DNA from: Zootoca vivipara
Taxonomy: Eukaryota
Assembly (NCBI RefSeq): GCF_963506605.1
Contig: NC_083281.1
Span: 14,012,001-14,076,000, forward strand
DNA length: 64,000 nt
Direction: 5' to 3'
Positions 25,391 through 38,120 of this stretch are shown piece after piece. The notes under the pieces are model-generated. The model had not been told where the DNA came from, did no database searches, and saw nothing but the letters and a program-made list of their open reading frames with translations. Position numbers and translations under genes: made by a program. Numbering within the stretch: the stretch's first letter is position 1; every line of letters starts with the position of its first letter.

Positions 25391-25409
25391 CTCTGGTCAG
25401 GGAGAGCAT
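25391..25409 (-). CDS. NKPD1-like gene B, putative start exon (MLSLTR)
   Basis: ATG followed by a perfect phase 1 donor G|gtaagt; acceptor near 25465; the frame is also open upstream of the ATG. Confidence 0.5.
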
Positions 25410-27390
25410 CGCTTTTGTCAGCCACAGGGTATTAAAAAGGTTGAAGATGCACAGGTGCTGGTAGCTAAGAAGAGGGAGAAAATGTGGAGGCTTTTCAAAC
25501 TATTCCTGGGCCTGGGACTAAATATATGCAAAAGTTTGCTCTCTGGAAGGTTGGCAGCTCATCACGTGTAAATAGACAGAAGGAAGGTGTCAAGGACTGT
25601 TTCCCATCAAAAAATGAGGATTAAGACTTCCTCCTCTGTACAGTTGAAATCTTCAGTACATAGCATTGGAGAGGTGGTCTTCCTTTGGCCCCTATTCCTG
25701 CACAACTGCTTCTCGTAAGAAATGGACACTCCAACCCGATCTTTACCTTCCAGGTGTTTTGGACTCCCATCAGCCCCAGCAAGCGCAGTCATGTGATGCT
25801 GGTGTTGATGGGAGCACAGCCAGGGTGATTAGGGCAGATGTTCGTTGCAGCTCCAGAACATCTGCAAGGCGCCAGGTTAGGAAAGGCTGGCCTACAACCC
25901 TCTCCAGCTTCCTCTGCTCTGGAATTCTCAGCTGACCGACAAGTCAAATCTGTAACCTGCAGCAACAGGTTGGTAGCACTGCTTTCTGGGTGGCACCGCT
26001 TCAAGCTACAGAAGCTGCTTGGCACCCAGTCTGGTGATAAAACTATTCCAAATATGTAACGGAAGAAGAAGGGAAAGCCAGCCTTTCCCTTAGCAAGCTG
26101 CTTGGGGTCTTATTTTTCTCCCCTGAGCCAGCATGCAAACATGCAGAGCTTCACGAGCCCAGCTCTTACAGGTGGCTGTTTCTGACACAGCAGACACAAC
26201 ATGAGCATGCAAGCTTTTCCGCCTGGCTGCAGCAGAAAGTGGGAGGCGAGATGACGAGGTCTCCCCCATCGGCTCTCTCCTTGCCTTCTCCCCTCCCAGA
26301 ACCTCCTCCCACCCGTGTCTGCTCCACCTGGCCATTTTAACAATTACGTAATATTACGTCAGAATCAAGGATTCAACTCGCTTTCCTCCACCCCGGCCTT
26401 CCTTTCCCCCACCCATAATGTACTTATTAGCTTCAGGGGCGCCAGCTCGTGTGTGCTGGGCCAGCCCCCCTATATTTCAGGGGCAGGGGCCAACCCCCCC
26501 CCAAAAAAGTTCAAAAAGTGTGGAGGGGAAGCAATTATTTTAAACTGTAAACACCCGTTAGTGAGTTGGCAGAAGAGGGACACATCAAAAGGTCGCAGGT
26601 AGGTAGTTGGCAAGCAAACAACATCTCTCTTTCCCCCCGAAGCAGTTTGTACTGTAATCGCACAGTCTATGCCGGGCAGGTGGCCCGTTAATAAAGCCTG
26701 TTCCCCAACATTAACAGCAACCACACTGTTTGCATAAATGGCTCAAAGGCGACAAAGACTCGTGGGCAGAATTTCTTTCTAAAATAAGAACAGAGAAAAG
26801 CAGGTGGGCTCCAAGAGGGTCAGAGGAGACAAGTCCAGGATCCTCTTTCCAGCAGCAGGTAACACTCACCTGGCATGCGAAGGCTGCCAAGGCTACACCC
26901 ACTGAAATCAGCGGGGCTTATTTTTGAGTAAGCTGCGAGCCTGAAAATGAGCCCTGGGGCCATAAACAGGACTCACTTCCGAGCTTGCGTGAGCCAAGCT
27001 GGTGAGCAATAAACCTTAAGCGAATGCAATGTTTATAGGCACAGCCAGCCGCCACTCAGCCCAAAGGGGTGTATTTGCAGGAGGATTATTCAGAGAGCCA
27101 AGGTTCAAGAACAGGCTCCTTCTCCCTCCCTCCCTCCCTCCCTCCCTCGCCAGCAAAGCAGCAGCACCCAGAGAAGGCAAGGGCAGGTGGTCTACTTACA
27201 TGCAGGAAGCGCGCAGAAACGTCAGCACCGTTCCGGTTGCGGCAGGCCTCTGCCAGCGCGAACTTTCCCTTCCTCCTTCTCAGATAGGCTTATCAATTCC
27301 CATTACACCTTTATAGACTTAAGGGTGGTGAATTTCTCAGGCGAGGCAAGCTCACGCCATCTGTAACTTTGGCTGGGTGAGGGGTGGGTT

Positions 27391-27740
27391 ATACCTGAAG
27401 GAACGTCTCCACCCCTATAGTTCAGCTGGTACACTGGGGTCCATCTACCAAGAGGCTTCTGGCAGTTCCCTCACTGCGAGAAGCAAAGTTACGGGGAACC
27501 AGGAAGAGGGCCTTCTCGGTGGTGGCGCCCTCCCTGTGGAACACCCTCCCGTCAGATGTCAAGGAAATAAACAACTATCCGACTTTTAGAAGACATCTGA
27601 AGGCAGCCCTGTTTAGGGAAGTTTTTAATATTTGATGTTTTATTGCTTTATTATTATTAATAACATTCTGTTGGGAGCCACCCAGAGTGGCTGGGGAAAC
27701 CCAGCCAGATGGGTGGGGGTATAAATAATAAATAAAATTA
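27391..27740 (+). mobile_element. L2-clade LINE 3' fragment
   Basis: Same family as 13770-14138. Confidence 0.85.
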
Positions 27741-28800
27741 TACAAAGACTTGGGGGAAGTGGAAAGCTGATGAGTGAGGCTGCAGAAGTCAGGGATCAGG
27801 ACTGGTGGTCATGAATATTAGTGTCAGATCCCCACTTGGCCATGAAACTCATTGGGGGATCTTGAGCCCACCACTGCCACTTAGCCTAACCTACCTAAGA
27901 AATAATGAGACCCATGCATGCCAACTTGGCCCCCTTGACAGAGGGATGTAAAACAAATAAATTGCTTTAGCAGTGCAGCACTGAAGTGATCTCCCCAGGG
28001 CGCAAGCCTGGGCAGAGGGCATGGAGGTCCTGGGCTGCCGAGAAACGAGCCTGCGACCTTCTGCAGCCAAGGAAGCTGCTCTGCCGCTAAGCTACTTCCC
28101 CAATTGATTGCCTTAAATTAGCTTAGGACTCAAACCCATTTTTTTGTGGTTTCCCTACCCCACCTGACCCTGGGACCCCCATGCCCTTCCCCATGTTGTT
28201 CAGGAGAGCCCAGCAGCCTCCAGAGAGGCACCATCAGAATGTGAGCGGCTGCACGGCAGTTGCAAGGGGAGAGAAGGAACTGCAAAGGTCATTTCCATGT
28301 ACTGCCCTTTCATCTATTTATAATCTTAGGATCCAAGCATAAGTCTTTAAGGTGCTGTGGGCCTCCTTGTTAAATCTACCACCCATGTTCCCAAAATTAA
28401 ATACAAATATGCACACATAGCTAAAGCAGTTTTATTTCAGCTGCTGTGTGATCAACAGCAGTGTTTAGAAAAACACATTTTTAACACAATACCATTTCCC
28501 TTTCTTTCCTTTTGCGGGGCCGGGAGGGAGGGAGGGAAGAGATTTTTTCCCCAATTTGCCACTATCTGATGGTAGCACTCGAGGAACAAGTTCTTAGATG
28601 AAGCGTTAAATGGTAGCCCAAGAATGACAATCCACTTTCAGTATCTAAACATCGGACCGTTCAAACATGCAGGAGTGATGTGCAGTCAGGAATAAGGAAT
28701 GAGATGATGCCCTTTGTCTCTTCAGTTAACACCATAAATATTAAGTGGAGAAGCAGTAGCTTAAAGGCTTCAAGCTGCCAAACTGACTCTCCCTTAAAAT

Positions 28801-29190
28801 GCAAAATAAAAAAATTCATTCAGTAGCACCTTAAAGACCAACTAAGTTTTTATTTTGGTATGAGCTTTCGTGTGCATGCACACTTCATCAGATACACTGA
28901 AACAGAAGTAACCAGACCCTTATGTATATTCAGAGGGTGGGGGTGATGGGAATGGGTGATGGGCTGATAGGGGTGGTAAACCTGTAGATGACTGTTAACG
29001 ACTGTTAATGACTGCAATTGGTCTTGGGGGGGGGAGCAAGGGCTGAGGTGCTAAGGAAAGCTTGATCATGTATAATGAGATAAGAATCCTATGTCTCTGT
29101 TCATTCCAGGTGGCTCCATGGTTTTAAGCTTGCTAATGAGTTGCAATTCAGCAACTTCTCTTTCCAGTCTGTTTCTGAAATTTTATTTGC
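28801..29190 (-). mobile_element. Penelope-like element 3' fragment (GIY-YIG C-terminus plus pLTR)
   Basis: 29066-29182 encodes NFRNRLEREVAELQLISKLKTMEPPGMNRDIGFLSHYT*, typical of the PLE endonuclease end; terminal sequence shared with three other loci. Confidence 0.85.
28858..28895 (-). ncRNA. minimal type I hammerhead ribozyme motif (Penelope-associated)
   Basis: GUAU-CUGAUGA-AGUGUGCAUGCACAC-GAAA-GC-UC-AUAC: canonical core, palindromic stem II, AGCU mini stem III. Confidence 0.8.
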
Positions 29191-30037
29191 CTAAGCAGGA
29201 CATCTGATCTCTGTTACAGACAAGAGGTCCTCTGCTGTCACCCTGTACAACCCCCCCCCCAAAAAAAAACTACAGTTAAACATTTGCACAGGAATATGGC
29301 AGCATCAGTTCCTTCTCCTGCCTTCAGGGCTTGATGTGGATCCTTGCAGCTATGATCTGGTGGAAGTGATTTGGGTGACTGACAGAAAGGCTGTTAGAAC
29401 AGGGCTCATCCTAAACAGTAATAAAAAAGCAGCTCACAAAGAGCTGTCTGGCAATTTTAGTTTATTCAAATTCCTGCCAAGACAGAATAACCAAGGTTAC
29501 AAGGAAAAACTGAGAAAGTGGGTTTAAAATGCGTCTACACAGGGCACCTAAACCGGTTCAACCGCCATGTGAGTGTGTTGACGATCTCCAAAACCGAATT
29601 CCCAACTTCCACACGGCACGGCAACCCCCAGAGCCTCTTGAGGTGAGCTGCGTCAATCAGACCTGCTCAAAGCATCCTCACATCTGTAGGGAGCAAGTGT
29701 TTTTAGTTCAACTATAAAAAGGAGGAGAAAAATGTGATGGGAACAGAATGATTATGTATTTTTGAACTGTGCCCTCAAGTGGCAGCTGTGGGCAGCTCTG
29801 GTCAGTCATTTCTGAGAGGGCACCCAGATCTGTATTCCGGGTTTGCTAAGCTCCTGTCCACCCCGTAGCAACTCCCATCTCCCTTGACCACTGGCCATGC
29901 TCACGAAGCAACAACTGCAAGGCCACAAATCCCCCACCTGCAATACCAGCTGTGCTAAAATCCAGCAGCTAGGAGAAAGGACCAGTCCATTAAAAACGGG
30001 CAGGAAACCCTTTCCAAAAAGTAAAATTCCCGGCTCA

Positions 30038-30286
30038 TCATTCCTCCTGTTCCGTCCTGACGAAGGCACCCATCTGCTTGGTGTGGGCGTCTCTGAGTTG
30101 TTCCAGCTGCCTCTGCCCACGCCGGACGAGGTACTCTATAATCATGACATCTGTCCGGGGGATCTGGGCATTTTTCCTGAACTCGGCCTGTATCCGAGGA
30201 AGGAAGCCAGGCTTGTCCTTGCCAGCCCGGAGGAAGCTGCGGTAGAGGCCGAGCACTTGCTTCTGAAGTTTGCTGTGGCGGGCCAT
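30038..30286 (-). CDS. SDHAF1: succinate dehydrogenase assembly factor 1 (LYR-motif protein), single coding exon
   Basis: [20 protein letters not shown]...[16 protein letters not shown]...MGAFVR matches vertebrate SDHAF1; an in-frame upstream ATG exists at 30301. Confidence 0.95.
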   Translation of the reverse strand: MARHSKLQKQVLGLYRSFLRAGKDKPGFLPRIQAEFRKNAQIPRTDVMIIEYLVRRGQRQLEQLRDAHTKQMGAFVRTEQEE

Positions 30287-30534
30287 GGGGCGTTCGGACA
30301 TCCCTTCTGGTCAGCCAGGGAGGATCACCCAAGGAGCAGAGCAGGGGCTGGGGAACCAAAAGGAGCAGTGTCAGAACAAAAGCTGGTGGGAAAGTTTGGG
30401 GGGGGGGGCAAACAAGGCTGGAGGAGGGCGGGAGCCTTTCTGAGAGAAAATCAGCTCTGGGTCCGAGTTCCAAGACCTGCGTCAGGGGTGCCAAATTGAA
30501 TAAAATATGGGGGGGGGGTGCAAAAAAAATGCAC

Positions 30535-30845
30535 AGATGCGAACTGGCCCACAGAGCAATCTCCGCAGGAGTGAACAGACCCAGGCGAGTTAAACCTTGC
30601 CGACCCCTGCTCTACAGCATGTGCAGAAACTGCCTTCTTGACCCTTGGTCTGCCCACTCAACTGGAGCTTGTCTTTGCATGCAGGGCAAGTCCCTAACTC
30701 ACCGAGGGTTTGAGACCCATCAGCTGCCCTCACCTGATTTAGCTAGTCAGTCGAAGCTGTTTCCTGGAATTGTGGCCGCTGTCACCTGCCGACAGCTTCT
30801 AGGAGCGGCAGGTGAGAGCTGAGTGCAGGGTGGGGACCAAAGGCA
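30535..30845. mobile_element. RTE-like interspersed repeat copy
   Basis: Reverse complement of about 15588-15790. Confidence 0.6.
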
Positions 30846-31105
30846 GGCAACCCCCCCCCCCAAGATTAAGCACTGCAGCCTTAGCAAAAGGCTCCACAGC
30901 GAGGAGAATGAAAAGTACAAAATCAGAGGCAGTATGTCTAGTTATTAATGGTCAGCGATGTTTCAAGCAGGGGGGCAGGAGTTATCTTCAGGAGGGAGGG
31001 GAGGCTGGCAGGAGCACATGGGCCACCAGAAGCTGCCCACCCCCCAACCCAGTGCCAGAATTACATATAAGCTAAACTAGCTATAGCTTAGGGCCCCACT
31101 CTCTT

Positions 31106-31440
31106 AAAGGTAAAGGGACCCCTGACCATTAGGTCCAGTCGTGGACGACTCTGGGGTTGCGGTGCTCATCTCGCTTTACTGGCTGAGGGAGCCGGCATAC
31201 ATGTGGCCAGCATGACTAAGCTGCTTCTGGCGAACCAGAGCAGCACACAGAAATGCCGTTTACCTTCCTGCTGGCGCAGTACCTATTTATCTACTTGCAC
31301 TTTGATGTGCTTTCGAACTGCTAGGTGGGCAGGAGCTGGGACTGAGCAACAGGAGCTCACCCCATCGTGGGGATTTGAACTGCCGACCTTCAGATTGGCA
31401 AGCCCTAGGCTCAGTGGTTTCTTTAGACCACAGCGCCACC
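31106..31440 (-). mobile_element. Sauria SINE
   Basis: Near full length; TSD CACTCTCTT. Confidence 0.92.
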
Positions 31441-31618
31441 CACTCTCTTGGAGACCCCCCAAAAAATTAAAAGGAAAAAAAACACCTTGGTGTACATTTC
31501 AAAAATACAAGATAAAAAACAAATAAAATAAAACCTACATACAGCAACAGTGTTTATTGTTTGAAACAAATTTAAAAATTGTCCAGTAGCACCTGAGAGA
31601 CCAACTAAGTAGTTCTAG

Positions 31619-31656
31619 GTATAAGCTTTCGTGTGCATGCACACTTCTTCAGATAC
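31619..31656 (-). ncRNA. minimal hammerhead ribozyme motif (Penelope end fragment)
   Basis: GUAU-CUGAAGA-stem II-GAAA-GC-UU-AUAC. Confidence 0.65.
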
Positions 31657-31929
31657 TTTTGTGTTGCATAGGCTCCTATGATGTAAGTCATGAGTCCCCA
31701 ATCATTTTAAGTTAGAGCTTAATAATTATTTCACTATAAATATACTTCTTAATTGTATTTCACTATTAATAAACTTAATTGTATTTCAGTTCAACCATGA
31801 CTTTGATAAAATACATATTTTGTGATGTGCCAATGGCTTGAGATACCTATAAGGTCCATCAATGACCATATATCCAACACAAAAAACAGCAAAGGACAGC
31901 TGGACATATAAACCTAAATCCGGCCCTGC

Positions 31930-32340
31930 CCACCCCCCCGACCCGACGCCACTCGGGCGTGGCAACAGAAACAGCCCCCAATTCTCGTGGCCTTGAAGCG
32001 ACCGCCCTGAAAACGCAGTTCGAGAGGACCTCCCGCCGCCGCGCCAGGGGCCTGGTTACCCGGCGCCTGACCCGCGATCCCGCAACGCTCCCCGCCGAAG
32101 CACCTCTCTCAACGGCTCCACCGTTCCATCCGGACTCCGGCCAAAGGAGGGGATCCCGCCTCTGTGCGTCATAAGCCGTAGAACGTTGACACTGCCTCGC
32201 TTCAAAATCTCGCTTTCCATTGGCTCGTCGCTCGCAAGGGGGCGTTCCCAGGAAGTTCCCGGCCGCTGCTGGAAGCCACGTGGGCGGGGAGGCCGAGCGT
32301 CTTTGTCCTTAAGAAGACCCCAAGGAAGGGCAGGCGATCC
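31930..32340 (-). promoter_or_regulatory. CpG island, probable SDHAF1 promoter and non-coding first exon
   Basis: CpG-dense; CCAAT on - near 32220; candidate donor gg|gtaacc near 32059 and acceptor ttttctctcag at 30440. Confidence 0.6.
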
Positions 32341-34092
32341 CCAACCCGAGAAGGTGCCCCAAAGGGGGCTCCACGTTGGCGATTGTATTTGGACTCACTG
32401 ACTGGGAGTGAATGGAAGCTCGTTTTAACTAGAGCTTTCCGTTTGAGCCGAGCCGGAAGGAATGCCTCGTCTTGCAAGAAATTTATTTTGTTTTGAAAAA
32501 ATAGTGAGTGTGCATGTGCGCTGATTGCGGTTCCCCTATCCGCTGCTCCAGCTGTAACCGCAACCTAGGCTTGATTAAGGCAGGGGAGTTAAAGGCTTCG
32601 TCCCTGGCGCGCCCCAAACGACCTGCCTGCCCCCTGCATCCGCTAAATAATTGTTCCTGTAGGTCTTGGAGGACCATACGGAGAGCAGCCCATGTTGCTT
32701 CAGACAGAGATAGGGAAACTGTGGCCTTACATATACCCAGGGCCGGTGCTATCACAGAATTGTACAGCTGGGACCACGAGGATCATCTAGTCCAACCCCC
32801 TGTAATGCAGGGCTCTTTTGCCCATGGTGGGGCTTGAATCCGTAAGTCTCACGTTCTACCTAGGGTGCAGTACTGACCTTTGAGGGGCTGAGTTTTTATA
32901 CAGATTAGTTTTTGTTTATCCTACGAATTTCTGATCATATTTTACTTCTACATTTTGAAGAATTTTTATCATTTCTACAAGATGGGTTTTTGAAATTTGA
33001 AGTTAGTGATTTCCCTAAGGCACAAAATAGCCTGGCACCAGCACTGCATACACCTCCTCTCAGCCAACTATGCTGCCTGGCACTGACAGGAGGTGGGAGC
33101 CCAGCGTCGGGGGGGGGGGGGCAGATGTTATGGTTTAAGGGAAAGTACGGTAATTCTCAGAATGAAGTTGCAGGACTTGGGAGAGGCAACAGTTCAGGCA
33201 CTGTTCACTTGGTGCTCCCCACCACCTGCCCCCCTGACTTCGCTTCAAATGCACCAAGGCCGCCTTTGTTAAGAAGGCTAATGACACGTACTCCAAACTT
33301 GTTTCCAAAACAAATGTATAGCTTTGCAGCTTGATGGCTTTAAGCAGCAGATTGGGGGTTGTTGTGTTTTTAAAATCCACTCATTTTTGAGGAAGAACTA
33401 GAACAGGGAATATGATTACTATCATAGTAATCTATGAAAGGCAGTATACTGTAGTTTGAGCCCACTATCTAACCTTCCCAGGCAAGGGACACAAATATAT
33501 AGAGTAGGTATTTTGCAAGCTTGCAGAATGCTGCAGCCACAAGATAGAGGGCTTAAGTTTTCACTCACGTTCTTTTTTGCTCAACTACATGAAAAGCTCC
33601 CCCAATTACTACTGCACATTTATCCAGCCCAGCCGTGAACGAGATGCAACAGCACCCTCCTAAATGACGTGGCCTTTGACCACAGAGCTTGAGATTTGGG
33701 AAGGGCTGGGAGAGAAACCAGGGTGAACAAAGGAGGCGGGAGAAAGATGAGTCGGATGATGAGCAAAGGAGTTGAGTCCTGGGCGATGAAGGATTTTGAA
33801 GGGAAACAGGACCAGCTGAGCCAGACTGAGGGATAGCGTTACCGGCTGAGGGAGGAACAGGCTGTGAAGATGAGAAAGGAGAGCAGCAGCGGAATTCCAC
33901 TTATGCGGAAGGATAGAGTGAAAGCAGCGCAGGGGGCAGATAACTAGCAGCTTGAAGCAGATGCAGAGAAAATCAGTGTTAAGTGCTTAAGGAGAGGGAG
34001 AATATTAGCAGATGCTTCCCTAGAAGAGCAGAAACAAAGCAGTCCTTGCAGTCAAGGCAAGAGAGGAGCTGAGCATGGAGATCACACTAGAG

Positions 34093-34228
34093 CAGGCATC
34101 CCCAAACTGCGGCCCTCCAGATGTTTTGGCCTACAACTCCCATGATCCCTAGCTAACAGGACCAGTGGCTGGGGAAGATGGGAACTGTAGTCCAAAACAT
34201 CTGGAGGGCCTAAGTCTGGGGATGCCTG
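34093..34228. mobile_element. palindromic hAT MITE with displaced TSD
   Basis: Family TIRs; CACTAGAG at 34085-34092 recurs at 34248-34255. Confidence 0.88.
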
Positions 34229-35249
34229 AGCTACGTCCTATGTCCTGCACTAGAGGCAGGTTGGGGAATCTGTGGTGGTCCTAATGAATGCTGGACTAAA
34301 ACTCTCACCCACCACGGGCCGTGCTGGATGGGGCTGATGGGAGGCCACATTGGTACCAATGGGTCACACCCACCCCACCAGTATTTGTAATATTTAGAGG
34401 CAGGGGGAGAAGAACCCAGTGGCACTGCTACACAAGGTTTCCCTCCTTGCACAAGGTTCCAGGTTCCATCCCTGGAATCTCCAGCTGAAGTGATCTGGAA
34501 AGCAAGGCAAGGAGATCCAAGGATCTGGAGAGCTGCTGCAAGACGACCTCCCATACCTCCACCCAGCCGGGATCCCCAGGATTTTGGCGTGCAAGATGGA
34601 AGAAGCTCACACAGAAGCAGCACTCGTGTCTGGAATGTATATATTCCCACCAACTTTTTTAATTTATCGTATTCACATAGCATCGGCCAGCAGCACAAAA
34701 AAAAAAACAAAAACAACTTTTCACAACGGGGAAAAAATGCATGGTCATAGAAATGTCTGCATTTACTTTAAAAAAAGCAGGAAGGGTCTTGTACAAATCT
34801 GCTCAGAGGTTCTCTTTTCATCCTGCTCAACTAACTGCTTCTGCAACCAGCAGGCCTTACTACCGGGGTGGCGTGGGGTGGGGGAATCAGGAGCGACTTT
34901 GCTGCCACCCCCAGGCCCCACCCCTTCAAGGATTGCTACAACAAGGCAAGGGCACTCCAGTTTTCTCTGGGTTAACTGAGCCGGCAAAGAAGGGTGTGAA
35001 TGTGAGAAAAATCATGGGGATGTAGCATCTTCACGGAACAGACGAGACACAACCAGGAGAAAGGGAAGGGGGGAAGGAAACCACCAACACAAGTCGAAGA
35101 ACACACAGCGGCTTTTCGCGCCTTCTCCCTTTGGCTTGCTCAAGTGACCTCGCACATGGGATCAGAGCGCAACAGCCAGCCATTAACAGAGGCCGCATGG
35201 CGACCCGCTCCGCTTCCTTCAGCCACCCCTGCACCTCTTCCTCTCCCCG

Positions 35250-35370
35250 TCACATTTCGTCATCCAGGCCATAGTCCACCACTTCCGGGAAATCCCCCAC
35301 GGTGACGAAGCGAGGCTTCACGAAGGCGCCGTACTTGAGCTGGCACTCAAAGTACTGCTTTCCGTTGACG
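35250..35370 (-). CDS. TBCB: tubulin folding cofactor B, exon 6
   Basis: [39 protein letters not shown]; end of the CAP-Gly domain. Confidence 0.95.
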
Positions 35371-36172
35371 CTGCCAAGGAGAGGAAGAGCAGGAGAGAGT
35401 CATACACAGGCTGGGGGGGTTTCCAGGGACAGCGGCCTGAGGAGAATCCCAGCTGGTCAAAGGGTGGCCTAAGCCCCAATCCTCAGCATACGCCGCTGAC
35501 TTTTTTTTTTTTAAAGGAATGCTTCTGCACCAGGGCAATCTACATTCTGTGCCCTGTATAAATTATAGGAGTTTCCTGTTTTGCACAGTTTCTTGCTCTG
35601 CATTATTTATCCTGCTCCTGCCATTTTAAAAATCTTTAAAACAACTATTTGACTTTTAGAAGTCATCTGAAGGCAGTCCTGTTCAGGGAAGGTTGAGATT
35701 TTACTGTGTTTTTGATATTTTGTTGGGAGCTGCCCAGAGTGACACCCAGAGTAAAATATTATTATTTTACATTTCAAAAAAATATTTATTCTTGTTTTGC
35801 TGGCTATTAAGAAGGGGCGGGAACTATGCAGGACTCTGACATTCTGCCCCCAACCGCTGGAAATGTTATTCAGTCAGCCCTTCTGACAGAATTCTGTACC
35901 CAATACAACATTCTGCACTACAGAGGAAGACTTGAAGCAAACTCAGACTTGTTTTTATCTTTCTGAGGCAGCCTAAACTGCAGACTGCCTTTAGACGTAG
36001 ACATAAAACATGTGCAGACAATGTGCCAGAAGTTAAGGTGGGAATATGCTGATGCTTCAATGTGAAGCTATGAAGCTACCAGAGCCACCCAGATCCCATT
36101 ATGACCCACTTTGGGGGCCTAGGCTAGGCAGAACTGCACAGCAAGAGACGTCAGGTGGAGGGAGCGCTTTAC

Positions 36173-36245
36173 CTTCCGTCGTGCTTCCCCACAGGCTCAT
36201 CATACTTGATGCCGACCCAGTAACCAGGCTTGAACTCCGTTAAGC
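36173..36245 (-). CDS. TBCB: tubulin folding cofactor B, exon 5
   Basis: [26 protein letters not shown]-Gly motif; AG/GT boundaries. Confidence 0.95.
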
Positions 36246-36474
36246 CTATGGAGAATAAAGGAAAGGTGGAAAGCTTACAATCCTAAGTCAGGCACAAGTG
36301 CAATGGGCCTTACTTCCAAGGAAGCGTGCTTTGGACTATAAGTCTCACTGGGACTTGAAGCAACTTATCTGTTTTTGCAAGGAGGGAGGGACACTCATAA
36401 TCCCTGTTCAAGCTGAAAAGCACCATCAAATTTCATAGAATCATAGAGTTGGAAGGGACCCTGAGGGTCATCTA

Positions 36475-37010
36475 TGTTGGATATTCTCTCTCTGTGTGTG
36501 TGTGAATCATTTGTTCCAGAAACAGAGAAGAACAGAGAAGAAGCTTCAAGAAGCAGAAAGCTGGAGTTTTTTGTGTGTGTGTATGGAAGGACTTTATCTA
36601 TGGGAACTGTTCTTTGGACATGCGCAGTGTGACAGGAATTACTGATAAAATGGTTCTGTTGTAACTTGTCTTTTGCTTGCGTCTTGCAGTTAAGAGAGAG
36701 AGTGTCTTGGACTCTTGCTGGACTCTAAGCATGCCTTGACCATGGCAGTAGTGAATGTCTGTATATATTTCCTACCAATAAGGTTTTATGCCTGTTAAGT
36801 AAACCTCTACACTTGACTGAATCTTTATGGCGTCCATGAGTGTTTATTGCCTACTGTGTGTACGTTCAACCCCGAAGACACTTCCAAGGATGGAGCTGCG
36901 TTGAGATGTAACTCTGCTGAGTGTGGATACTGACACACACGCACAGCAAAAGTGATGCCAGACAGAATCCTACTAAATCATCCATCAGAAGTTGATGGAT
37001 TGATCCAACA
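36475..37010. mobile_element. solo LTR inserted into a Squam3-like SINE
   Basis: TGTTGGAT...ATCCAACA inverted termini; flanks CATCTA / AATCTA; the SINE resumes on both sides. Confidence 0.8.
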
Positions 37011-37296
37011 AATCTAGTCCAACCCCTGCAATGCAGGAATATGCAGCTGTCCCATATGGGGAATCGAACCTGCAAACTTGGTGTTCTCAGCACTGCGCTC
37101 TAATCAACTCATCTCCCCAGTGGTGCCAAATGTGTTAACAGAATTTTTCACTTTTTTATAAAGCAAAACCAAATAAAACTTCAAACTGCTCCTCACACTG
37201 GTTTCTGCACCGTATTTTAAATGCCCCCCCTCCAATCACTACAAAGTGATTCTCTTCTACAGTGCAGGAAGTAGGGACATGAGCCCAGGTACTCAC

Positions 37297-37488
37297 CAAC
37301 GTACATCACTGTCCCTCGTTTGTTGGGCTGCCCTGCTGCCCGCACCTCACACCTTGACCCCACGGAAATGGCTTCCGCCAGGGCCTTCTCCTCCACCAGC
37401 TTCTGCTCCCTCTCTGCTTCCTTCTTCATCATTTCTTCCGCATTGTAGTGCCCCAGCTTACTTGTTTTCATGAAGGAGCGTGCTGTAT
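37297..37488 (-). CDS. TBCB: tubulin folding cofactor B, exon 4
   Basis: [18 protein letters not shown]...[22 protein letters not shown]; 192 nt. Confidence 0.95.
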
Positions 37489-37780
37489 CTGCAGGACACA
37501 GACAGTGGCGGGAATCCGTTCAAAAGGAGTAAACTCGCTTCTCTTCAAGCAGCAAACAGGAAGCTGAGCTCCCCCAAGAAACACTCAGGCTGAAACAAGG
37601 CAATCTACAACGGTACCTGTGAGCCCTCTATGAATTAGTTCACTCAAGTTCACTCAAGCAGAGGTCTATCTAGCCCAGCAGCCCGATCTCAGTGTGGCCA
37701 ACCTGAATGGGAAGCTCACAAGCAGGGCCTGAGCACAACACTTGAGATTCTCAGCAATGCCACAAGACATGGAATCTTAG

Positions 37781-38118
37781 AATCACAGAACTGTAGAGTT
37801 GGAAGGGACCTTGAGGGTCATCCAGTCCAACTCCTTGCAATGCAGGAACAGATGGCCATGATAGATGGCCATCCAACCTCTGCTTAAAAGCCTGCAATGA
37901 AGGAGAATCCACCACCTCCTGAGGGAGACCGTTCCATTGTCAAATGACTCTTACTGTCAGAAAGTTCTTCCTGAGGTTTAGTTGGAATCACCTTTCTTGT
38001 AGCTTGGTTTGAGTCCTGCCCTCTGTAGTAGCAGAAAACAAGCTTGTTCCCTCTTCCAAGTGACAACCCTTTAGATATTTGGAAATTGCTATACTATCAG
38101 TCTTCTCTTATCCAGGCA
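37781..38118 (-). mobile_element. older CR1 3' fragment
   Basis: Reverse of the CR1 tail and ORF2 end. Confidence 0.75.
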
Positions 38119-38120
38119 AA

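Larger units (their letters stand above)
31050..31928. mobile_element. non-autonomous hAT-like element with nested Sauria SINE and Penelope end
   Basis: Ends cagtgcc...ccggccctg; same family as 53819-54783, 42372-42673 and about 57300-57742. Confidence 0.8.

Noticed and set aside
29897-30499. 200-aa + strand ORF
   Set aside because: Antisense to SDHAF1, no recognisable features
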